Assembly (NCBI RefSeq): GCF_002571385.2
Contig: NW_019217906.1
Location: forward strand, 256,913-320,841
Length of the DNA: 63,929 nt
Source of the DNA: Stylophora pistillata
Taxonomy: Eukaryota
Direction: 5' to 3'
Shown: positions 1-16,300 of the stretch, piece by piece
How the letters are laid out: each line of letters begins with the position of its first letter
How positions within the stretch are numbered: position 1 is the first letter of the stretch
Position numbers and translations under genes: made by a program
The notes under the pieces: model-generated
Databases searched by the model: none
The model's input: only the letters and a program-made list of their open reading frames with translations
What the model was told of the DNA's origin: nothing

Positions 1-39
<39 letters not shown>

Positions 40-42
40 CAG

Positions 43-3845
<3,803 letters not shown>

Positions 3846-6800
3846 TGAAGTAATTCTGGGAGAGAGACAACTTGACCGTCGTCTACCATATAGTCCAATA
3901 GTGTGACCTTCTGTCATCTGAAAAGTTTGCCAGTGATAGTCACTGCTCAGCGGTATTCGACAAATGTGTCGTCAGAGTCGTTCATATTGGTCACGGTGTA
4001 ATGGATAGAACAAACCTACATGTATATTCAGTTCTCGCTGCACAGGTGTGTGAATGGTTTGGACACGGCCTTAGTTGGACATTTAGACAGGATGTCCTGC
4101 AAGATCACATGATGCTCGGACCATCATCTGACTTGCTTTTCAGCTGAAAAATGTTCAAGGAATTTCTGTCGGGTGATTATTTGGTAATATTTCATGAGCT
4201 TTAGGAGCGTCTTTGAATAGCTACCCAAGTGATTATAAGAACGCCTGTATATTCTTTCAGAAACATCGACAAATCGCTCGGCGTTGATTATAAAATTGTC
4301 TTTGAATTAACTGATACATAGTGGAGAGTTATTTTGGAATGAAAGAGTATCTAAGAACCTGAACTAAATCAAAATCTCAACGGACAGTCCGAGCAACGGT
4401 AAATTCAGAGTTAGCTCGCGAGACGTGAAGGCAAATGAACGTAACCGACCGCGATTTGTGTAGGAAAAGGTAAGAATTTTGCTGCAGGCAGCCCCAAGGT
4501 GCGGTAAGCCACAACTGTTTTTCTCTCAAAGTATGCCATATTCAACTGAGAGATTTTATTAACAAGAAGTATTGTATAGGAAATACTGTCAGATTGTAAG
4601 ATTTCTTGTTCCAAACGCATATGTTGGGAACTACAGGTAAAGCAGCACACAAGGGACACAATATTTGTTTGATGTAAAAGCTCCTGCACCAGGAATAAAT
4701 AATAATAATAATAATAATAACTTCCTAATGATAATAACTTCCTAAACATGTAGATAGACTGATGCTGTTCCTGAGTGTTTTATTTTGTAAATAAACCGAC
4801 TCGTTTGAGATTCTTCTAGGTTCAATGCTGAGATTACTTGGTATCAGACGAGTGCGGTGACTTGTGAATTTCATGACCGCACGTCCAATATTTTCCGTCC
4901 GGCCCCACCGCCCAGTTAATAAGCACTTAATATCACCGCCTCTCTTCACTTTTCTTCGATTCTTCTGGTGTTAGCATCTTTCGAGGCTGTACATAGCGCC
5001 GTGCAAGTTTTAACGACTCTGCCCTCGCCATCACGTATGGCACAAATACAGAGATTTTTTTAATGTCTTCGTGTTTTATTTGTTTATCTTTTTTTCAGTG
5101 AAGGTGCCCATGGTGCCTTACGGGTTATATGTCGATAAACTTAGACTTAGCGCATGGAAAATAGTTTCAACCCGAAGAACTGTTCTAAAATAGATAAAGA
5201 TGGCAGGTCGACCGATTTTTCTGCCACAGGTGAAAACGGGGTCTCAAATGTTTTATGTTCAACTTGTTGAATATACTACATGCCGACCACCTAGAAATAT
5301 AAATATGGCCACGAAAATATGATGATTTGCATTGCGACTTCATAGTCAAACATTAGTCCTCTAGACTCGTAAAACTGATTTATATCAATCCGTTTTAGAG
5401 ATTTTGAGAGAGGTTGACCGGTTAGAACATCTATGACGGTCATTGTATAAGCATGCTAACTGATATTTTTTAAAAGGACCACGTGTTGAGATATAAATAA
5501 TTCAATCGCGCAAAACGAGGAGAACTAACAATTTTTCTCGTTAAGGCTAACAATTAGGAATCTCTTCCCAGGCCACACTTGAAAATATTAAAAAGCCTAA
5601 CCTTGGAAAATTCAAAAGAAGACCTTGAATCATCTCTCTAGCTCTTGTGGTTGTATCAGTGAACCTTTTTTGCATCAAATGTAAGTACTACTCTATCTTA
5701 AGTGTTTCCGGCTTCCAATATATATTAAATTAAGATATGATATATTTGATTATCTGTAGCTGCTAACTGACACCTCCCTCCACTTCGATATCAAAAGAAT
5801 TATTTGAAGAGCGCAAAATCATTAAGACTGAACAGATCTACGAGGTTGAATAAATCGAGGGCCACTCCTCCTTCCAAGTACCTCTTTATCTCTTGCAATC
5901 CGTCGCTGAGCAGCACTGGGATTATCACGGGCTTCCCTTTCTTACTTCCAAAAGGTGTAAACTGCTTGCAAAATACCATATTGAGAAAGTGATTCATTTT
6001 GAAGAGCAACTGTTGATAACCCGTTAAATACGCGCTCTTTATGAGGCTTGACGAGCTCGACTGAGAAAAAAGAAAAAACTCGGTCCAACGGTTGAACTGT
6101 TTTTCAGTTAAATGCTTAAGCATGAGTCGCTGTTCCCCATGTTTTAGCTTTTTCAGTCAACGAGCTTTCTAAGAAATGCTATGTTATTTAATTGAAACAT
6201 TTCTTTGTAGACTAGAAAGTACCTTGAGGAGGATGGGAATTCATTTTTATTGCTATTATTAAATAAACCTCTCGAGAATTGATGTTTACAAAATCTTTAT
6301 TACCGTAACTTCGCCTTTGTTTGTTTTTGTCAACCAGTCTGAATATATGACAGCGAACTACTTCACTACCATCGGACGCTGCTGAACCTTATTCACTCCT
6401 GGACATTATTGCTTTCTCCTCGCGTCGTGTAATTTCAAACTCTTTATACTTTTACATTTTCAGATGCTGAACAAATTTTCTTTTCATTTAATTGTCATCT
6501 TGTCGGTGTTAGTTATCGCAGGTCACTCAGGTGGGTGCCAGCACCTGCTTTTGTAGTAAACGAGACCTGGCCAGATTTTGCTATTGTTTTACGATAATGA
6601 AGGAAAGTTTCGCAAACTATCGCATACGAACAGTTAACTATTTATCGCTGCAATTACCAATACGGTCAACTAATCAAGACTGGCGACTTAATCTTGTGAT
6701 TAGGATCAAGATAATGAACTTAGAAGCGGCGATAAGCGATTGGCTTGCAAAATCACCTACATATTATGTCTCCGGCTCAACTTTCAAACCTTTACGCTGA

Positions 6801-8195
6801 GAAATGAAGTAAAATAAAGTATAACCTATCACTGCTATATAAAACTACCGTATGAAAGACTCATAAAAGTTATTTACTAATAAAATTTGCAATTCACGCA
6901 CTTCAAAATGAAATGCGGTCCAAAAACTCATGGTTTTGATAGTTTCAGTTTGCGTGACAACAAAGTCATTGAATGGCTTCTTTGAAAAGCTTCTAGTTTT
7001 CTCTTACAGGGAGTATCGCAAAGGTTGTTGACCACAGTAAAGGAGTGTACATGCATGATCATCCCGATTTCCCATCATTCACAGGAGGTAAGTGCGTCAG
7101 TCAAGTCTGGATGGAAAAGTGGTAACAATTGAATTGAAAACCATGAACTTGAAAGCACCTAACTCAAACAAGTTCTTCCCTACTCTCATTCACTCATACA
7201 GGTCAAGCCATTAAAATTTTAGAATACTTTTGAGATCGAAATAGTTAAATTATATTGGAATGAAAGTCGGAGAGATTTCTTCATGATGATTAGAAAAGAT
7301 GAACTCATAATCTTGCGACAATCAGTATAAAGCAATGTTTGTTTGCTGATACTGATTTTAAATAATGAAAATGTATGAAGACAATATATAGCCACGACTG
7401 AGTAGGGTAGACACCTCCAACCTTATTGCAGCTACCCCACGGTCCAGGCTCAACTAGATTAAAAAGGCGTTTGAGCGGATTGATAGCATTAAAATGAGAA
7501 TGAGGGTCAAACTTGTATTGTTCTCTTAAAAGAACTAAACTGGTCACTGTCCAAAAGCGGAAGCATATCATTGCTTATTTTTATTATCATGATCATGGCC
7601 TGTTTCTGTCGCATGATGCCATTTAGCTTTGCTACTAACACCTTGCTAGACCCAATGCTACTCCCCAGCCTTGCGCGGATATCCTGGGTCGAGTGAGGCG
7701 TGGTGAGAATAAGGCACCATCACAATGGACTGGCCCGGGCTCGAAACCAGACCTTTAATCCGCTGTAGACCATGCAACCAAAGTGTCAGACATGAGACTT
7801 CCTGAGTGATCGCTAAGTAACTTCTCATAAATTCCGGCAATACGTACATCATTTTTCAAACAAGTGATGATAATAGAAAGAGCTGTTAAGTAGATAGTGT
7901 CATCTTGATATTACGGCAAATTCTCCCAACAATCTAACGAGTAAATGTATGGATACGGGAATTGAGAATTACTAATTAGATCATTACCTTATTACCAGGG
8001 CCTGGTGGTCCATACCGCACTCACTACCTTCATTCTCGGTTTGGAATTGGTCACAGACGGAGGCGCGCAGTTAAGCACGAGGAAAGTAACCTACAAATGC
8101 TGAGGTATGTTCTGAACTTTTTATCCACCAAACAGGACAAACTGACCAAACTGACTGACTGACAGAAATCTTTGAAAAATCGAAAAATAATAAAA

Positions 8196-8236
8196 ACACA
8201 CACACAAACACACACACACACACACACACACAAACA
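8196..8236. repeat. (CA)n microsatellite
   Basis: Interrupted acacacac run, seen directly. Confidence 0.9.
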
Positions 8237-8939
8237 AACAAGAGAATGACACTAAACAAAAACAGAAAGAAGATCGAAAAATATACAAGAAAGAAAAAAA
8301 ATCCTAGAAATAGCTTACTTAACTTTATTATCAAAATTCGATGCACCACAAATTAACTTTGAAAATAGTTATGATCATGACTTTTTTTTTCGCTTTCTTT
8401 ATTACTCAGACCTGAAAAGAGGGAAGATGGATTCTGATCGGTCCAGGAAATCCTCACTTTATAACTTATTCACGGCTACTCCTTTATACAGAACTTAAAA
8501 GATCATCGGATATGAGAGAAGCGTTTAAAGAAGATCTGACCGGAATCACGAAATATGATTACTAGACTCTAAACACTTTTGCACGACTAGTGCAGTCTGC
8601 GGTTACAAGAGGACATAATATCTTGGCAGTTATTGTTGTATATCATATTACTTACATCTTAATTAACGTCTCTAATTCTAGACAAGTGTTCCACGCCGGA
8701 TTTGGTAATATTCATTATTTATTACATGCAATTTTAAAGTAACTCTTGACGAGATATCATTGGCTTTGCTTCACACTAGATCACACTCTCGACCAATCAG
8801 ATGTAAATAAAAGCTATTGTGTCTGGTTCACTCACATTTTTTCATTTGGTTTTATCTATCTACTCTCTTCTGATTGGCGTTGAGTTAACTTCATTTTATT
8901 TTTCTCCGTGACGCTCAATCGATCGAAACGCTTCAACTA

Positions 8940-10226
8940 TCAATGCGACATAGGGACCTCTTCAATTATAAAACGGGAAACTGAATAAGCCCCCGTGTAT
9001 CCGTTATGATTATCATTTCCCAATCCGATACACAGTCCAATGTTGATCCCAACGCGAATATTTCCTTTACGGATGTTATCATAGTAACCCGGCTTCTACT
9101 GAAAGAGGCCGGTAACTTGCGGCAACTTCATCTCGAATAAACAACGCTGCCTCAATAGGTAAAGGACCACTGCACTCGGCACTATTGAAGGTAATATACC
9201 GGCGCTTACAGCAGTGTTTGCAATTTCCAAGAAAAACATTCCCTTGATAGACCACGTGTAGGGCGCTGTTGTCTTTGGTCTTGTGAAATTCGCATTCCTG
9301 ACACCAGAAAGAAGTCAATGTCAGAACCTGAACTTAATTTGTACTAATTAAAACACGTTTCTGATCAATGATGTTGCGGGGCTTTGTGGTAAAAACCTGA
9401 TCACATTGCACTAGTACGTGCAACTGAAGCCTTTGTATACTATGGCCCGGCACCCTCTAAGGCTTACTATGTACTTATTGCATAACTGAGTGGGAGGGCC
9501 AAACGGAAACGCAATTGACTCGAGGTCATAACGTACGGAACCAGCTGCACCGAAGTCCATACATCGTGTCGGAGAGCTTACTATTTCTCGTCCTTCTCAT
9601 ATACCTCAATTTTTATCTTATCACCTAACTGTCACACTTTCATGTTGCTATTTGTGCTTCCTTCTGAGCTCGCATTTCGCGGGGTCGTGCAGTTTTTTTC
9701 GGGCCCTACTCTTGCCATCGCATAAGCGGCCCTAAAACGGAAAGTACTGCCAAATGTTTTTCAATAAAAGCGCGCGCGGGGCCGTACACATCATATGATA
9801 CGGATACAATAGATCAAGCAACAAAAGAAACTTATGTTCCGGACATAAAAAAAAAATCGTGGAGGGGGGAGGAGGGGGGAAAAACTGTGGCACTGCATAT
9901 ATCGGTCGGGGTATTCGAGATAATTTGGTTTTATCAACAGAGTTGACGTTGGAGATATTTCAGTATTCATTGATGATCTATGCCTTAACAAGACCAATGT
10001 CTTTACTGTCTCCTTCTCTCCACGCACACTGCTTCCAGTTTCTGTATTCAATTATCGAAATGCTGGCTCCCGGTTCGCCCTTAAGACCAGGTAACCCATG
10101 CCTACCTGTCACGCCTTTCTCTCCTTTTGTGCCATCTCGACCGTCACGGCCTGGTAACCCATTGCGTCCATTAATACCATTACGTCCAAGCAGACCAGGA
10201 CTTCCTTGCAGACAGACGCTTGGACT
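8940..10226 (-). pseudogene. CTHRC1-like (short collagen helix plus CTHRC1 C-terminal domain), frameshifted; signal-peptide exon not located
   Basis: Exon 10226-9984 encodes CLQG + Gly-X-Y repeats ([16 protein letters not shown]) + NWKQCAW. Exon 9297-8940 encodes ECEFHKTKDNSALHVVYQGN...CCKRRYITFNSAECSGPLPIE, then after a frameshift near 9090 GYYDNIRKGNIRVGINIGLC...SVSRFIIEEVPMSH*. The donor at 9983 is GC. Confidence 0.8.
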
Positions 10227-13200
10227 CTGTTAAGGGAACAGATGGATGGCTGTTTGTAAACAAAACGTGCGTTGTAGACTCCCACCTTTTGAATTGATCT
10301 ATGTGACGTTGTACGTGTTAAAGCAGTATCCGTGTCGGTGGCTGGCGGTGGATATCTTCCTCTCCGTTCCGCGGCTCGGTAAATGTTATCACCCACTACT
10401 AGCCACCTCTTCTTCGGTGAATAGAACAACTACTCTTCTCCAAGAAGCCGAAGAGACAGAATTGCGCGTCCAAAGTTCAATTTTCAACCGTTTTTCGGTA
10501 CATTGACAAAAATAAGACAATACTTTGGTTTCTGTGTGGTATATGCTAAATACCGTCATCTCAAGGTCGCTGAAAGCGGTGGATATTTACTGAGATTCCC
10601 TTTGACGTGGTGGTAACCCAACAACTTGCTTAGCTCTTAATCTGTTCAATAAAGCTGATGTTTCGGAAACTGGAAAGGGAACAGAGTCATTCATTGTTGT
10701 TATTTGGTGACTGTCAAAAAACCATTCAGTTAATCCCTCCTTTTTGGCAAGGACATCGCATCATGTGACTATGCACAAATGTAGAAATGGTTTAAACACG
10801 AAGGCGCGCTATATAAGGAAGTCTTCCCTTGGAAGACCTAGGCTCATTTGTCACTCACCGTTGACGTGTGCGGGTCAAAAATAAATGCTGGTAGACGAAC
10901 AAAAGGAGCTAATGGTGGCATGAGGTAACGTGCGAACCACCTGCTTCGCACCACAAATAAAGACAGTTTCCATTGGAGAAAGGAAATACAAATCTCAAAA
11001 ATTCTTGTATTGTGATGAAGACATAGAGAAATTTTGAGGAATGCGCCCGCTGTTCACTGCTTTAGAGTAGCTGTACCTCAAGCTGACTTGACTCTAAGAG
11101 TTCAACATCACACGACGGTTGATTGACAAATGGTCCAGTGGGACCTAAGGCTCCTTTAAAAGCGCGCCTTCGTGTTTAAATTTGAACGTGACGTCATGCT
11201 AACATAACAGATACGAGTTCTTGTTGGGCACAATAATCACGCCTGTTTCAACCTGTTCACTCTAAGAGCTCTCTTAATAAAACAATAGCTTATTGAAGAA
11301 AGAAAGGAAACATCTGTGAAGAGCGTAGAGCAAAGAAAATCCCGATGCCCCATGAGTGTTTGAATCCCGACATGTTCCGATTTTTGAAGTATCAACTCGG
11401 TTTGGAATTGGTCACAATTCGTTGGGTAGCTATAATTAAGCGACGCATTAGAATTCCTAATACTTCAATTCGATCTCATGCTCCAGTTTTTCTTCTGAAG
11501 ACAAACATCGACATGATGATGATGCTCTTTGATTCCTGAAAGTTTTGGTCTAGCAACTTTTACAAAAGTTTGGCGAAATGCAGTAACCTTGAGTACATTT
11601 CGAAAATAATTTGACGAGATCACGAGTACTCAAGAAAGTATCATAGTGAAACAGAGAATCTATTTCTGAATAAGAAATTAAGTGACGTTTGTCCTCGTCG
11701 TTTCATTTTTTTTATTCTGTTCCCTTGTCTTTTTTCTTAGTTTTCACCAAGTGAGTTGTACATATAGTTCGCTTTTATGTCAAGACAGACTATACTTCAC
11801 TTCAAGACAATTTAGTTTATCAACTCTGTTGATAATGTAGATTGGCCACTGTCAAGAGATAACTTCTAAACTGAAGTTTCGAGTGTTACTTTCAAGGAAT
11901 TGTGGGTTATGTGTTGATATGCAGAAAATAGAGTTACGCTTTTGAGCTCCTCTGCACTATTACTTCTCTTGAAAACGCGAGGAAGAAGGAAGAAGATAAG
12001 GGGAAACCTCTGTTTACGCTCTCAAAAAATACGCGTAACTTAGTGATAGTAACCTTACCTTAGCAGGCGAAGATTTGGTTGTGATATTTTCTGCGTCTGC
12101 CAAGAAACCTACACATATCAGCGTTGTTGAGAAAAGAACAACAATACAGAAAGGGCGCTTCATCTTAGTGCGACTTGATCGATTTTTCCCGAATGAAACT
12201 TTTCAAACTTACGGAATCAATATATCATGGACAACTTAAATGTTTTTTCGTGTTTATGTCGGGTTTAGACAAAACTTTGACCTGCCTTTCACTGTTTATA
12301 AGTATATATATTGTGAAAAGTTCCTTTGCGACAAAAATTTATAACGACAAAGTCAGAGGGAAACTTTTTTTCCAGATGGGCTCACAAAAACACCATTTTC
12401 AAATACTTAAAAGCATGTGTTGATATTTTCACTGATTGTTATCTTTCACTGCTGGCTAAGAGTCATATTGGGGTTAACCATTAGCCGTAAAACGGCAAAA
12501 CAAATTAACCGTTTTTTTACTTTTAATCGCAATAGAAAGAAATTAACCGTTAGCTCTGAAATCACCCCATTGAGAATTGAGACCCACTTAGCAAGATTTC
12601 ATCATCGAAAATTTGGCAATAGCACTTCATTGGATTATGTTCGGGCATGTCAGTCGGTCGTGAAGACATCAACCGGTCAAACGTCACCACGGGGCTCTAT
12701 CTACAACGTGATGGATTGTTGGTATTTCCTCTAATCATCTATGTATGTAGCTATCACTTACAAATCATTAAACTCACAGGCGTTACGGGGACTCTGGGAT
12801 CAGCATCTATACCTCTGTAAGTTTCAACAGATTTTCTAATCCTTCGACTTGTGCATGATGCACAGTCGAATTGAATTCTTTGCAAGAGAAAATTTATTTC
12901 AAAATCAGTTCAGTTTTAAATATGTAATCGAACATAATGTTTCTACATTGTTTATAAAAGTCTTCAAAAATTACATTATTTATTTAGCGGAACGCTGTAC
13001 ATGCCAAGAACAGGCGTTTGGTATAAAAGAAAACAAGTAAAAGCGCATTTTACATCCTCAAGACGATTTTAACCACGCAACAACTCTGGCCAAAAAAAAT
13101 ATTGCTAGTTATCAAAAGAATACCCTTCACAATTCTTGAAGTAAACTCATTGTTACAAGTTACAGCAAGCAGGTTGTCAGGTGTCTTCATCGGATGATTG

Positions 13201-13366
13201 TTCCAAGGCACTTTTGGGAAACCCGGCTGTGGCATGGTCCGGCTGCGCCTACAGTGAATTTAAAAATGGAAATTAACCCTGCAGGTGAGGAAATACTAGT
13301 CCTGATATCATAGAAGACTTTTGTCGCGTTTTGTGATCATCGATATCACACGAATAAAACGAATTC

Positions 13367-16300
13367 TTAAGGGATGGTATGGACTCTTTCTTCAGACTGC
13401 GAGACGAACGGTGTTTTTTCCCAGATTTCGCCCTGGTCGTTCTTTTTACAGTACCTCTAACAATTCTGAATAGTTTTGATATCCAGTCGTAACACACAGC
13501 TACGAAAATTAGAGCTAATTTCCCTGTCCTTCTGTCTGATAAGGAAATACTGAGTGCTAACAGAACTAATTTGCTTACCATTAAGTCGAGAAGTCGGTCG
13601 CTGATCATCTTAATATCTTGATTTTTCAGAACAAGATCATTCTTTAAGCTGTAAGAAACAAGGACGATGTTGATTAGTGATACCGCCCACACACCGCCTG
13701 TTTTGCACAAGCCCAGTCTCTTAGGTAAAAACTATAAAGCAATAAATGACCAAACTAACCGCCAAGAAGAAATTACGATCATTCAAGACTAGAACCAATG
13801 GTTAAATGAGAAAAAAACAAAAAATACTTATTGAGCCGTTCGTAATCTTCCGAAAAGTTTTGAGCTTACATGACAGCCTCATGTCAAAAAGAGCATTCTG
13901 AATGTTAAAAGTTCTGTTATAAGGGTACCAATGGCCAACGTACTCACCGTTCAAGCTTGGCTAGTGCAGCTCGCTTCTGTTTCTGGATTTTCAAGCTCTC
14001 TTGCTCAGATGTTTCTAGGACTCTGAAAATAAACATGTCCATTAAATACCTTTAGATTTGCAAACACACACAAAATAAACAAAAACCAAACAAAGTGAAA
14101 CAAAAAAACGGCTATTAACTCTGTAACTCTTTCCCTCATTAAATGGAATACCTTACCCAGTGACCTCTCTCGCTCGAGACTGAAAACTTATTCTCCTTCC
14201 TGAGGAACTTACATTTCTCTGTGAAAGTGTAGTGTGATCGTCCGGGTGAGTGTAGTCCTGAGAAGGACTGTTGTCGGTGGTAGTGACTGACGTTTCGAAT
14301 NNNNNNNNNNNNNNNNNNNNNNNNNNNNNNNNNNNNNNNNNNNNNNNNNNNNNNNNNNNNNNNNNNNNNNNNNNNNNNNNNNNNNNNNNNNNNNNNNNNN
14401 NNNNNNNNNNNNNNNNNNNNNNNNNNNNNNNNNNNNNNNNNNNNNNNNNNNNNNNNNNNNNNNNNNNNNNNNNNNNNNNNNNNNNNNNNNNNNNNNNNNN
14501 NNNNNNNNNNNNNNNNNNNNNNNNNNNNNNNNNNNNNNNNNNNNNNNNNNNNNNNNNNNNNNNNNNNNNNNNNNNNNNNNNNNNNNNNNNNNNNNNNNNN
14601 NNNNNNNNNNNNNNNNNNNNNNNNNNNNNNNNNNNNNNNNNNNNNNNNNNNNNNNNNNNNNNNNNNNNNNNNNNNNNNNNNNNNNNNNNNNNNNNNNNNN
14701 NNNNNNNNNNNNNNNNNNNNNNNNNNNNNNNNNNGTTCAAGCCATTTACTGCATTACATTTCTCTGTTAACTTAATTGGTCAGAATTTGGAGTTGTATAT
14801 CAAGGATATTTCCCCCATATGACTGATAACTTCTTAATTCTCATGTGGAATCTACTTATCAGTGTACTGTTAGTATATAATAATATTTAAATAGAAGGAA
14901 AATAATCGCAGTTAAATTCCCAATTAATGTTATTTCGAGGTGAAGGTGTGACCTTAGAAGAGAAATAAACGAATAAAGGAATGAATGAATGAATAATGGA
15001 CCATTGCGTATATAAATAATTATGAAGTTAAAATAGACACATGAGTAAATAACTAGGGTAAAAATAAAGGCTTAAGACCAATTATTCTCAATGAAGAAGA
15101 CCACTTGAATTATTCTATTGTGTCTCACCTTTGATAATGATTACTCAACGTTTTTGTCGTCTTTTTGCAATCTCTTATAACTTGTTTGTAGGTAGGCGCT
15201 GGAGCTCTGGGAACGAGTTAAGGTTGCAATGAGTACCAACAGGAGTATGGACTCCAATAAGTTACTTTTCTGTGTGAAAGAACTTCGGAATACCCGATTA
15301 GGAAGAATGATAACTTCAATAAATAAAATGCACCCCAAGGAATTATTTCATCAAGTGAGCACAGACAAACGCGCGAGGCGAGAACATGTCATGACAAATG
15401 GAAAATCAAAAGTACTTCTTGATCTACAGGGATGGAAAAAGCTCCTCCTTTAATTAAACACAAAGGATACGGTAATTTGGCGACTTCAGTGCGTCCTACA
15501 GCCTGAACAGGTAGCTCTTCTTTTCCTGTCAGTTCTTTCATCCGCAGGAAATGTGACACCAAAGGACTCCTGCCCAAAAGATTAAAACCGACGCGCTCAA
15601 ACTCGGGGCCTGGGCCGACCTCGTGTGACTTGGGAAAAATATGAAAAAATAACGAAAGTTAAATGCGTACTTTACTTACATTATAAAAAAACAACAACAA
15701 AAACAACAATAATAACCAACAGGTAAAGGAACTGAGTCACGATTCATTGCAACATGGATAATCGAAAAGTTTTCGCTCACGCGTGAGCCAGGCCATATAA
15801 TAATATAACATATTCGCCTGAGCCAAGCGTCCTACATGCGTCCTACAAGCGAAAATACTGTTTGGACTAGCAAACTTGATAAGAACGAGAGGGTAAAAAA
15901 GAAGTATCAGAGTTCTTAAATCGTTAAGACCATAATATTATGAATAAGGTTGACAGAAGTTCATAGCATTCATTACAAGTCTACACTTATGATAACTTCA
16001 ATGGCCGAAGTTTCTCTCAATCTAAACTCACTCTTGAGGAAATAGCGTCCTTGAAGTGCTTTCACATAAACTTACATCTGCGCTATCGAATGTTGGAATG
16101 ATTGTCAGTCCCATTCTGGAGGGCGAGTAGGGAGCAGTGTGTGTTCCAGCTTTCTCCTTACTGGCAGGGACAGTGTCCAAATCATCCAAGTATAAGTCCA
16201 GATCAAACGACATGTTAGCTGAAAGCAGTAACAACAAAATGAAAAGAAACCAATACACACATTCTTATACTTTTTACTACTTTAAAACATTTAAACTCAG

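Noticed and set aside
9859-10233. 124-aa Pro-rich plus-strand ORF
   Set aside because: Antisense shadow of the collagen Gly-X-Y exon.
14153-14822. Long ORFs across the first N gap
   Set aside because: Artefacts of N translated as X.
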